Virus record (IMG/VR): IMGVR_UViG_3300011635_000012
DNA length: 20,000 nt
Direction: 5' to 3' (one strand)
DNA from: an uncultured virus (IMG/VR IMGVR_UViG_3300011635_000012)
Taxonomy: Duplodnaviria; Heunggongvirae; Uroviricota; Caudoviricetes
In this document: piece by piece, positions 1 through 8,206 of the stretch
Layout of the letters: each line of letters opens with the position of its first letter
Position numbering within the stretch: position 1 is the stretch's first letter
Made by a program: the position numbers and the translations under genes
Notes under the pieces: model-generated
The model's input: only the letters and a program-made list of their open reading frames with translations
What the model was told of the DNA's origin: nothing
Databases searched by the model: none

Positions 1-1
1 G

Positions 2-178
2 CACATCAACAAGTCAGGCTACGCGACGTTCAACAACGTGACCGTTCGCGGCTCGATTTTCGCCACAAACGGTAATTTTTCTTTTAATGGCTCCGGCAAC
101 ACAACGGTTATCAATGGTAATGGCGTAACCATCAATATACCGGGAGGTGGCCGGATCGTACTCGGGACATGGTCATAA
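2..178 (+). CDS. 3' end of phage tail tip/host-specificity protein J (partial, 5' truncated by window)
   Basis: Frame from nt 2 reads HINKSGYATFNNVTVRGSIFATNG...GRIVLGTWS*. The INK.G.A.FNNVTVRG motif is typical of lambdoid J C-termini, and the position upstream of tail fibre genes fits. Confidence 0.75.
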   Translation, partial: HINKSGYATFNNVTVRGSIFATNGNFSFNGSGNTTVINGNGVTINIPGGGRIVLGTWS

Positions 179-179
179 A

Positions 180-1162
180 ATGCCGACAGGATTATTGATA
201 GAATTGAATGACGGCGGGAAGCGTATGGAGATAACTGCGGGTCTGAGATGCCCGTCTTTTGGTGGCAGCTTTGACACTGGCTACCAGAAAGCAAAGTATG
301 TGGACATTGCTGGTTATGTTTCAGGGGCGCAGGTGCTGTTTATACCGCATGCGACTGCCTATGTTGATTCAGGGCTGTGGCATAAAATGAATTCCGTCAC
401 TATCTCTGGTGGGAGGGTTACGCAAAATTCGAGAATGCAGGCGCTGGGTATAAGTGAGAGGGATAGTACCTATACCTTTCCCGGTAGTGTCTGNNNNNNN
501 NNNNNNNNNNNNNNNNNTTTCCGACAGGTCAGCGAAGCGGGGTGGGCCTGCTCATCAGCGACAGTACTGACTTCACCTCGATAACGAATGCTACGCAGTC
601 AGGGCAGTGTATCTGGAAGGGTACTGTAAGTGTTCCGACCGGGGGGTGGGCGGTTCCCACGATAGCAGGATACGACAAGTCGAAGTACGTCGTTTTCGGG
701 CGCTGTAATAGCGGTAACACGATTGACTTCGACGGTAACACCGTCAGGTTCTTCAGCCCTCCGTCCACGAACGATGATGCTCCCGCAACCGGCACGATAG
801 ACATCGTTATTTTTGCCAGTGGCGTAGCGCCGCAGCCTGGTACCGGCCTCAATATTTTTAATGCTGCAGGGGCCTGCACCTTTTCAACCACAAAACGACC
901 ATTCGTATACCTCAACCAACTTTGGACCCCTTCGACAAGTGCCGTGAGCATCGGTAACGGATATGTTCCGCTGGGCAGATTTGGGCTAATGGTGCATACG
1001 GTAAACGGCATGTATGTATATCGAATGTTCGGAATAAAAATACAGAACGGCAACGCTTCAGTTCAGGGCGGAAAATATCTTGGGCGCGAGCAATATGCCA
1101 TTTTCGGTAATAACACGGTAACGTCACTCAGTCTTCCTGTTTTGCCCGATATGTACGTCTGA
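180..1162 (+). CDS. Phage tail-associated protein (DUF6453-like); one gene split in the ORF track by the N gap
   Basis: ATG at 180 immediately follows the J stop (MPTGLLIELNDGG...). The frame changes only across the N run 494-517 and continues FPTGQRSGVGLLISDS...LPDMYV*. It lies between J and the tail fibre. Confidence 0.65.
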
Positions 1163-1182
1163 ATTAACAGCATAATTAAATC

Positions 1183-1206
1183 AACCTCGCTCCGGCGGGG
1201 TTTTTT
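1183..1206 (+). terminator. Rho-independent terminator-like hairpin
   Basis: AACCTCGC-TCCG-GCGGGGTT followed by a T run. Confidence 0.6.
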
Positions 1207-1222
1207 ATTGTCTGGAGAAAAT

Positions 1223-2359
1223 ATGCTTTATAACACTGGCACCATAGCCATTAACGGAAATACGGCCACCGGCACCGGCACAAACTGGACAGCACCCGCC
1301 AGCCAGGTTCGCGCTGGTCAGACGATTATCGTCATGTCTAACCCGGTCCAGATGTTCCAGATTTCATCCGTGAACAGCGCCACGTCAATGACGGTTACGC
1401 CCGCTGCTTCCCCGGCGCTGAGCGGCCAGAAGTATGGAATCCTTGTGTCGGACAATATCTCGGTCGACGGCCTGGCGCAGGCCATGTCGCAGCTCATCAA
1501 AGAGTATGACGAGAATATTGGCGCATGGGAGACATTCGCCACAACCTCAGCGAACCAAACTATCACCGTTACCATTAACGGAGCTTCCGTGAATATTCCG
1601 GGCATTGGTGCACTTGCCAGAAAGGGGGCAAACAGCGATATCACGGAGCTGAAAGGACTCACTACTGCGCTTTCTATTGCGCAGGGCGGGACCGGGGCAA
1701 CGACTGCAGCAGACGCTCGCTCAAACCTCGGTTTAGGAAGTAGTGCGACGAGGAATGCTTACAGTTCCTCCGGGGATATGCTTTCCATAGGGGATTTTGG
1801 GGTTGGGGCTTACTCAGAAGCTAAACCGACTGAAGCCAGAAGTTCATTTATCAGCGAAACCAATTCATCCACTGCATGGGCACCAGCAAATGGTGCCGGT
1901 TATCAAAGCTCCTACGCCGTAAACAGAATATTTCAGATGTGGATTGGTTCCAATGGTTCTGGCTTTAGTCGATTTGTTTCAACGAATAACCCCCAGGAAC
2001 CTAAAGCTAACATTCCATGGACGCAGTACCAGGCTTCTGGCACGTCGGACATTAACTTTAAGAAAGTGACAGGGGAACTGGATTTAAACGAATCGCTCTC
2101 AAACATCGAGGCAATGGATTTTAAGACCTTCTACTACCTCGCAGATGCAGCCAAAACGACTCGCCGCGGCGTGATTGCTCAGGAACTGGAAAAGATAGAT
2201 CCGCAATATGTTCACTCAGCTGAGGAGTCGGGAAAAATGACGCTCGACCTCAATCCTCTGGTGCTCGATGCGCTCGCAGCAATCAAAGCGCTGGCAATCC
2301 GCGTCAGCGCATTAGAGGGAGACGCTAAACCTCCGGTTCCTGGCTCATCCGCTGATTAA
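1223..2359 (+). CDS. Phage tail fibre: constant N-terminus (1223-1728) fused to currently expressed variable cassette A with C-terminal intramolecular chaperone (peptidase S74-like)
   Basis: GGAG RBS and ATG at 1223. N-terminus MLYNTGTIAINGNTATGTGTNW, shaft motif GANSDIT...GGTGATTAADARSNLGL, and C-terminal SDINFKK...RRGVIAQELEKIDP...coiled coil. Confidence 0.88.
   Translation: MLYNTGTIAINGNTATGTGTNWTAPASQVRAGQTIIVMSNPVQMFQISSVNSATSMTVTPAASPALSGQKYGILVSDNISVDGLAQAMSQLIKEYDENIGAWETFATTSANQTITVTINGASVNIPGIGALARKGANSDITELKGLTTALSIAQGGTGATTAADARSNLGLGSSATRNAYSSSGDMLSIGDFGVGAYSEAKPTEARSSFISETNSSTAWAPANGAGYQSSYAVNRIFQMWIGSNGSGFSRFVSTNNPQEPKANIPWTQYQASGTSDINFKKVTGELDLNESLSNIEAMDFKTFYYLADAAKTTRRGVIAQELEKIDPQYVHSAEESGKMTLDLNPLVLDALAAIKALAIRVSALEGDAKPPVPGSSAD
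1716..1741 (+). repeat. Serine invertase crossover site 1 (gix/hix-like), inside tail fibre gene
   Basis: CTCGCTCAAACC-TC-GGTTTAGGAAGT contains the AAACC-TC-GGTTTA core of Mu gix sites. Confidence 0.85.
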
Positions 2360-3136
2360 ACGCAGAATCATCAGGCATATCCAAGCGCACATCGATCCAG
2401 CTGTTCGCCGGTACGTCCATTGGTAGACCTTTCGTTTTGATGATCTCTCCGTCATTGCCCAGCATGTATTTGCGCTTGAACAGGCGAATTGTCAGCTCTC
2501 CGTTATCGGTTTGCTCTGCCTCAACCACGCCCAGTTCCCCCATGCCGCCAGGGTCCATTGGCGGCAGTAACTGCCATCCCTCAGATGCCAGGCCAGCCGA
2601 ACCGGCGAGCACATAAACACCTACATCAAGGCGAGAAAGAATCACTCCTTCAGCTTCTGCATTTGCTGTTCCGCACCCACACCAGACAAAACCATCTTCC
2701 GCTATGTCGGCACGCTGGCACTCTTCCTGGCTCGCTACGATACGCGCAACCGGAGACGCTGCCTTCAGGGTGCCATCACTGGCTTTCGTGGTATTCGATG
2801 TTGTATAGAATTCAGCCCAGCCTGTGAATCCCGCACTTCCATTAGAAACTCGCAGAGCTGCACGCGTACTGGAAAGGCATGTGAATGCCATTTGTGAGTA
2901 AGTCGCCCCACCTACCCCAATTTGCAGAATGCTTTGCCATTGGCCAGGAAATGCACCGACGTTATCTGCCGCGGCCCAGTAGCCAAATCCGGTCGGCCCC
3001 GGCTGCGCTGAAGTGGCGGGATTTATCGGTTTCGCATTACTGGATGAAAGGAGCAATCCAACACCAAAATCTCCCTCTGAAAGCATCTTCCCGGAAGCGC
3101 TGTAAGCATCTCTTGTCGCACTACTTCCTAAACCGA
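2325..3136 (-). CDS. Silent tail fibre variable cassette B (no own start; expressed after inversion between sites 1 and 2)
   Basis: Open frame from crossover site 2 reads GLGSSATRDAYSASGKMLSEGDFGVG..., paralogous to the cassette A start GLGSSATRNAYSSSGDMLSIGDFGVG. It also has the tail fibre motif GWAEFYTTSNTTKASDGTLKAASPVARI. Confidence 0.8.
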
Positions 3137-3148
3137 CGATAATTATAA
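3123..3148 (-). repeat. Invertase crossover site 2, inverted relative to site 1
   Basis: Minus strand TTATAATTATCG-TC-GGTTTAGGAAGT; core and right arm identical to site 1. Confidence 0.85.
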
Positions 3149-3903
3149 TGCCTTTATTTGCTCTTCTAATTTGCTTATGCGTCGAAGAAGCTGCTGAACA
3201 ACGGGTACTAAATAAGCAGCACCTATTTCTCCTGGATCAATAATTTTACCATCTTCATAAATAATGTTTTCTTCGGTTTCTTCATCCCATACTGACAGTT
3301 GAGACACCTGGACCAACTCACGATCTAAAGCTTCAACGTTCTGAGCGCTGTAACCAACACGCACCTGGTCTGGTGTCCACTTGTACGAATAGCGGATGGG
3401 TTTCAGCCCGGTTATGAAGGCTACTGCTTCATCTTCGGTAATCTCGCGCACAATGTTTTTAACCCGCTCATCAGACGCTACGGGGGTGATATTCCCGTTA
3501 TTGGTTTGAATAACACTCCCACCCTGGATGAAATACCAGAACGAACCAAAAGAACCTGAATCAAAGGTGCCAATGTACGGACCGCAAGCTGCCGCCGAGC
3601 CACTTCCATTGATGTAAGCGCCAAAGGAAGCGTTCATAGTCCACGAATCTGTCCCATAACGCTGGGTAAAACCCTTCGTCACAAAGCTGGTAGATGTGCT
3701 GTTGGTCGCTTTGGTAGTGATGATTCCGCCGCTGGGATTGCCCGCAGCAGGAGCCAGTATGGTCGATATACCCGTCAACCCCGTTATATCATTGTTGTTT
3801 CCTGATGAAGCTGCTGAGAGGTTTTTACGCGCATCAGCCGGCAATTTTCCTCCAGTACCCCCCATGCTGACCGGAACGGTATCATTGTTATCTACTAAAC
3901 CGA
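3143..3903 (-). CDS. Silent tail fibre variable cassette C with C-terminal S74-like chaperone (expressed after inversion between sites 1 and 3)
   Basis: Frame from site 3 reads GLVDNNDTVPVSMGGTGGKLPADARKNL...NNDITGLTG..., then SDERVKNIV...LKPIRYSYK...VGYSAQNVE...coiled coil. Confidence 0.8.
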
Positions 3904-3915
3904 CGTTTTATAGAT
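3890..3915 (-). repeat. Invertase crossover site 3, inverted relative to site 1
   Basis: Minus strand ATCTATAAAACG-TC-GGTTTAGTAGAT, near-palindromic with the same TC core, 65 bp upstream of the invertase ATG. Confidence 0.85.
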
Positions 3916-3980
3916 TGCTCTTGAGCGGCCTGGCCGATAACTTCACCTGATTTTTTTGCAGAAATAACTGGGTGAAAAAT

Positions 3981-4556
3981 ATGCAAGTTGGCTATGTAAG
4001 GGTGTCAACAAATGACCAAAATACGGATCTTCAGCGGCAAGCACTCGAACGCGCAGGATGTGAACATATTTTCGAAGAAAAAATGAGCGGAACGGTAGCG
4101 AACCGACCAGTACTAAAAAAGCTTCTCAAGGCATTAAATGAGGGGGATACACTGGTGGTCTGGAAGTTGGATCGCCTTGGGCGCAGCATGCGTAATCTTG
4201 TGCTGCTGGTGGACGAGCTCCGGCAGCGCGGTATCCACTTTAAGAGCCTCACGGACAGTATCGATACATCAAGCCCGATGGGGCGCTTCATCTTTCATAT
4301 CATGTCAGCCCTGGCGGAAATGGAGAGGGAGTTGATTGTTGAGCGCACCCGGGCAGGCCTGGCAGCAGCTCGTGAGAAAGGGCGAATCGGCGGCAGGCGT
4401 CCGAAGCTTACCCCGGAGCAATGGGATCAGGCGGGCCGATTGATTGCGAACGGCGTGGACAGGAAGAAGGTGGCGATCATTTATGATGTGGCTGTTTGCA
4501 CGCTCTATAAAAAATTCCCAGTAAATAAAGACGTTACACGAACTTCAACACATTAA
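3981..4556 (+). CDS. DNA invertase, serine recombinase of the Pin/Gin/Hin/Cin family
   Basis: GYVRVSTNDQ (catalytic Ser), VVWKLDRLGRS, ERELIVERTRAGLAAAR..GR.GGR and a C-terminal HTH. An alternative GTG start lies at 3972. Confidence 0.95.
   Translation: MQVGYVRVSTNDQNTDLQRQALERAGCEHIFEEKMSGTVANRPVLKKLLKALNEGDTLVVWKLDRLGRSMRNLVLLVDELRQRGIHFKSLTDSIDTSSPMGRFIFHIMSALAEMERELIVERTRAGLAAAREKGRIGGRRPKLTPEQWDQAGRLIANGVDRKKVAIIYDVAVCTLYKKFPVNKDVTRTSTH
4001..4071 (+). promoter_or_regulatory. Probable Fis-dependent recombinational enhancer (sis) within invertase 5' coding region
   Basis: GGTGTCAACAAATGACCAAAAT...TGTGAACATATTT resembles the hin/gin enhancer and is at the equivalent gene position. Confidence 0.55.
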
Positions 4557-4885
4557 AATTCATCCGGGTTATTCGATGTGCTTATGCCAATTTTGATCAG
4601 GCTCAATACTATCAAGCCAAGAGCAACAACTACGGTACTTGCGATTATAAACGTTGCCATGTTGAACCTTTTTTATGAACTTTTCATTTAGACAATACGG
4701 AACTGCAAACGTTCAGAACAAAAAATTCTTAGTATGAGAGCAGGATGTTTGATGTTTCGGACAGCCATATGTAAAAATGAGCTACGGTTGCTGGGCACTG
4801 TTCGGTAATTCGAATATTGAATGTTACAACCATGAAGATTCTGTTTGTACATAAGCTTCTGTAACAAGAGGATCTACTGAAAGGA

Positions 4886-5311
4886 ATGATGAGAGATGTG
4901 TGGGGGCTTACCGTAGTTGAATTTATTGCTATCAAGCGGAATCTTGAGAATATTTCTGATACATGGTCAGATCTCTGGGCAATGTTGTATCTGAGTCAGG
5001 CTAAGCCCGGACAGCTTCTTGGGGCAAAGTTTGATGATGTGAGCCATGATATTCTTGTTCTTTCAGCCACAAAAGGACTGAGGGAAAGATGCATTGCTCT
5101 TAAGCCTGGAGTTAAAAGAATTCTCCACTCCCGCAGGGAGAAGTATCCTGAAGATGTGTTTTTGTTTCAGAGCCATTCACATCGTACCAAGACAACTCCA
5201 AGACCGGTAACGTTAGTTGCATTTAATGCGGCACTGAAAAGGGCATCTATTGGAGTGACCGCAAAAACAGTGAGTAGTAAAAGTGCTTATTATTTAACGC
5301 CACTAAGATGA
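4886..5311 (+). CDS. Degenerate small tyrosine-recombinase-like protein lacking catalytic residues
   Basis: Aligns by eye with the 17575-18135 recombinase (AKFDDV/LRFDEV; RREKYPEDVFLFQS/RRAEFPNDVHVFRS; KTVSSKSA/GTVSAHSFR). The R, HxxR, H and Y residues are missing. Confidence 0.6.
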   Translation: MMRDVWGLTVVEFIAIKRNLENISDTWSDLWAMLYLSQAKPGQLLGAKFDDVSHDILVLSATKGLRERCIALKPGVKRILHSRREKYPEDVFLFQSHSHRTKTTPRPVTLVAFNAALKRASIGVTAKTVSSKSAYYLTPLR

Positions 5312-5397
5312 AGTGCCGTTCAATATCGGAAAAGTACGATGGGTAGTGGTGCATGTCTGCGTAGTTGAAGGTATGCACGAAGCGAACACGGGCTTTG

Positions 5398-5637
5398 CTA
5401 ATCATTCACCAGCCACATATTTGCGTCTTCAAATATTTCCTCCAGCATGCGGTTCAGCTTTTCCCGATCGCTTTTGCTGGCATCGCTATTCAAGCCGTTC
5501 GCCTGCATCGGCTTCACCCTCACTTCAGCATCAGGGAAAATCTGGTGCACTCGTTTCGTCAACTCGGCTAGGATAATCTCCCTGGCTCCCTCCAAGCCTT
5601 CAACGTTTCGCTTATCGTAAACCAGTTCAACAAACAT
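5398..5637 (-). CDS. DinI-family (MsgA/Tum-like) damage-inducible protein
   Basis: MFVELVYDKRNVEGL...ELTKRVHQIFPDAEVRVKPMQANGL...EEIFEDANMWL, with an upstream SOS box. Confidence 0.85.
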   Translation of the reverse strand: MFVELVYDKRNVEGLEGAREIILAELTKRVHQIFPDAEVRVKPMQANGLNSDASKSDREKLNRMLEEIFEDANMWLVND

Positions 5638-5653
5638 AATGCGCTCCATTATC

Positions 5654-5673
5654 TACTGTTTGGATATACAGTA
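5654..5673. promoter_or_regulatory. LexA (SOS) box
   Basis: TACTGTTTGGATATACAGTA fits taCTG-N10-CAGta, directly upstream of the dinI-like gene. Confidence 0.85.
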
Positions 5674-5807
5674 TTTTTGCTGTGGAGGATTTGTCTGTCA
5701 AGGCGTGAGCCCTTTGTTTTTAAATTTTGAGGGTATTTCTGCGTGAATAATTATTGTCGATGTGACCTGCAGAGCCGATGGTGTCTGAGGTTGGCTTAAA
5801 AAAGCTT

Positions 5808-5948
5808 TGGGGCATGGATGGGGCAAAAGTGCATGGTAAAGTGCGTTAAAGTTCGTTAATCATGTTTTGTCTCGATCTCGCTCATCCCTTGTTTTATGCG
5901 CTCCTGGACGATCTTTATCGATTTTAAAAATTATGAGTTCATATTATG
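5808..5948. other. Putative prophage attachment junction (arm-type repeats plus candidate core TTCATATTATG)
   Basis: TGGGGCA direct repeat at 5808 and 5819, and an abrupt switch into invertase-homologous sequence at 5938. Confidence 0.4.
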
Positions 5949-6215
5949 TCAGCCCTGGCGGAAATGGAGAGGGAGTTGATTGTGGAGCGCACCCGGGCAG
6001 GTTTGGCTGCAGCTCGTGAGAAAGGTCGAATCGGCGGCAGGCGTCCAAAGCTTACCCAGGAACAATGGGACCAGGCGGGCCGACTGATTGCGAACGGCGT
6101 GGACAGAAAACAGGTGGCAATAATTTATGATGTGGCCGTGTGCACGCTTTATAAAAAATTTCCGGTGGGGATAAATCGGAGAAAAAGCAGCCCACCGTGT
6201 GAAATGGCGGGCTGA
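5938..6215 (+). pseudogene. 5'-truncated second DNA invertase copy (C-terminal half only)
   Basis: Highly similar to 4294-~4520 (MSALAEMERELIVERTRAG...KKFP) but lacks the catalytic N-terminal domain. Confidence 0.85.
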
Positions 6216-6225
6216 TTTGTGATTT

Positions 6226-6804
6226 TTACGGTTGTATCCAGCGATCACGTGCTCGCCGTGCTATGGCGATCATTTTCTGTATCTCGCCGAGCGTGAATTT
6301 TTCCGCTTCATCACACGGCATTACCACATAGCCGGAACGGATCACATGTTCCAGGCATGAATCGGGGTTCATAACTACTTCACCAGGCATAAGAGGGTGG
6401 CACGCCACCGGCAGGCTGTTTTCGAAGTAGGTGATCACAGCATAATTTTGACTAACCGAAGCCTGACTCACTTGTTGGAGAGGCTCCACAACTTCTTTAT
6501 CGAGGATGTCTAATACCCATTTACGGAATTCTTTTGCGACCGGCGTTCTGGCAAACATGGCGATCAGATGAGCCCCTCGCAGGGAGAAAACACGATTTTC
6601 ACGCTGTACGCCTCTGGTGGTCAAATTGACCACCGAAGCCATGCCGTCCGTAAATTCATCAGCATGACGCGTGTGTATACGGAGCACGGATTTATCATCA
6701 GCATATTGAAGTGCGGCAGCTATATCAGAAGCGGTTAGCCAGATCTGGTTCTTATGAGTTACAACCGAAAAATTATGATCGTGAAATGAAAGCTGAGTAG
6801 TCAT
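6226..6804 (-). CDS. Bro-N/P22AR-type phage antirepressor
   Basis: MTTQLSFHDHNFSVV...IWLTASDIAAALQY...ADEFT...RVFSLRGAHLIAMFARTPVAKEFRKWVLDIL, with GAGG RBS before the ATG at 6804. Confidence 0.85.
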   Translation of the reverse strand: MTTQLSFHDHNFSVVTHKNQIWLTASDIAAALQYADDKSVLRIHTRHADEFTDGMASVVNLTTRGVQRENRVFSLRGAHLIAMFARTPVAKEFRKWVLDILDKEVVEPLQQVSQASVSQNYAVITYFENSLPVACHPLMPGEVVMNPDSCLEHVIRSGYVVMPCDEAEKFTLGEIQKMIAIARRARDRWIQP

Positions 6805-6858
6805 GGCGACACCCTCGGTGGTTTCTGAATAATCACCACCGCTGATGCCAATCAGTAG

Positions 6859-6935
6859 GGTGGTGAACTGTGCAGGGTTGGCATAACCGGGAAACCACCG
6901 GCGCGGATTTCTCCGCCCCCACACAGCCCACCATA
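6859..6935 (-). ncRNA. C4/CI-type antisense RNA (P1 c4 / P4 CI-like)
   Basis: Closing stem ATGGTGGGCTGTGTGGGG...CCCTGCACAGTTCACCACC with internal hairpin GCGGAGAAATCCGC. The exposed GGTGGTTTC and ATGCCAA are complementary to flanking target boxes. Confidence 0.65.
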
Positions 6936-6964
6936 ATGCGAAGATGTGACTATGCAAACGACAA

Positions 6965-7043
6965 TAAAAAACACGCTCGCGGCGTGTCGTTGTCGCGGTT
7001 TCCATTCGGGATGCCAATCCCGGCACCAGATTTTGCTGGTGCA
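6965..7043 (-). ncRNA. IsrK-like leader RNA/upstream target region
   Basis: GCACCAGCAAAATCTGGTGCCGGGATTGGCATCCCG resembles the IsrK 5' hairpins and starts just after the promoter. Confidence 0.55.
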
Positions 7044-7048
7044 GGGCG

Positions 7049-7077
7049 AGTATGAGAAAAAAATATTTTTATGTCAA
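7049..7077 (-). promoter_or_regulatory. Sigma70 promoter for antirepressor operon
   Basis: TTGACA (7077-7072), 17 bp spacer, CATACT (7054-7049). Confidence 0.7.
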
Positions 7078-7363
7078 CGTCGGTCAAAAAATCCTTCTCC
7101 AAAACTCAGGCGTAAGTGCATGAAAATGCTTGCGTTCGCACGACGTAAAATGCATTAAAAAACACGCTAAAATATGTGGTTATCTATTTGAATCAAAAGA
7201 GGAATCTGTGTTTTTCGTTTTTCTTTGAACTCAGAGGGTTTAAAGCCGAAAAGAGACCAAATCATACGCTTACGGCAAGGTTTGAAAAGCCATTCACGCC
7301 GAAAATATCGATGGGATCAATTTTGGCGTAACGCTTAAGTGATAGCGGGAATATAAGAGGAAG

Positions 7364-7389
7364 ACCGTCTGGCTGAGTCGCCAGACGGT
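7364..7389 (-). terminator. Hairpin downstream of trpA (probable trp operon terminator)
   Basis: ACCGTCTGGC-N6-GCCAGACGGT perfect 10-bp stem 7 nt after the trpA stop. Confidence 0.6.
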
Positions 7390-7396
7390 GGAAGGA

Positions 7397-8206
7397 TCAG
7401 GCTTTACGCGTTGCGGCTTTCATCGCCGTAACAAATGCTTTGAGTTCAGTCAGCATCTGCTCGGGCTTGTCCACGTTCTTCTCAATGATTTTGACGATAG
7501 CAGAGCCGGAGATTGCGCCTGCCGCTTTTGCGTCAATTGCCGCCGTAACCTGATCCGGGGATGAAATGCCGAATCCCTGCAGCGGAGGTGCTGCGTGGTA
7601 TTCAGCCAGTTTTTCTACCAGATGATGCAGCGGCAGCGCGGCTTTGTTTTCAGCACCCGTCACGCCCGCGCGGGAGAGCAGGTAGGTGTAACCACGGCCG
7701 TAAGAGGCAATCTGGCGCAGCAGTTCGTCATCGGCGTTTGGCGGGCAGATGAAAATCGGCGCCACGTTATGACGCATAGCTGCCTGGCGGAACGGTGCAG
7801 ATTCTTCAACCGGGACGTCGGCCACCAGCACGGAGTCAACGCCCACCCGCGCGCACTCGGCATAAAATTCGTCGATTCCGCGGTTAAAGACCAGGTTGGC
7901 ATACATCAGCAGGCCAATCGGAATGGTCGGGTGCTTCTGACGGATCGCGGCCAGCATCTCAAAACACTGCGTTGGGGTGACGCCCGCGGCAAAGGCACGC
8001 AGAGTGGCGTTCTGAATGGTCGGGCCATCCGCCAGCGGGTCAGAGAACGGGATCCCCAGCTCCAGCGCATCGGCACCGGCTTCAATCAGGGCGTCGATAA
8101 TTTTTAGCGACTGTTCCGGGCCCGGATCGCCCAGCGTGACGAAGGGAACGAACGCGCCTTCCTGGCGGGATTTCAGTTGTGCAAATGCGTTATCGTAGCG
8201 TTCCAT
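7397..8206 (-). CDS. trpA: Tryptophan synthase alpha chain
   Basis: MERY...[10 protein letters not shown]...[18 protein letters not shown]. Confidence 0.99.
   Translation of the reverse strand: MERYDNAFAQLKSRQEGAFVPFVTLGDPGPEQSLKIIDALIEAGADALELGIPFSDPLADGPTIQNATLRAFAAGVTPTQCFEMLAAIRQKHPTIPIGLLMYANLVFNRGIDEFYAECARVGVDSVLVADVPVEESAPFRQAAMRHNVAPIFICPPNADDELLRQIASYGRGYTYLLSRAGVTGAENKAALPLHHLVEKLAEYHAAPPLQGFGISSPDQVTAAIDAKAAGAISGSAIVKIIEKNVDKPEQMLTELKAFVTAMKAATRKA

Noticed and set aside
147..1162. Apparent frameshift or two genes (147-584 and 542-1162)
   Set aside because: The break coincides with the N gap 494-517; most likely one gene with a mis-sized gap
2325..2340. AAACCTCCGGTTCC as a fourth crossover site
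   Set aside because: Extra base in the core, no GGTTTA arm, and located at cassette 3' ends where no useful fusion results
3806..3831. Half site GCGTAAAAACC-TC inside cassette C
   Set aside because: Right arm lacks GGTTTA; explained by the ARKNL protein repeat
6226..7026. 266-aa antirepressor as given in the ORF track
   Set aside because: The first 74 codons overlap the regulatory RNA region and the Bro-N domain starts at 6804 with its own RBS; a longer isoform is possible but unsupported
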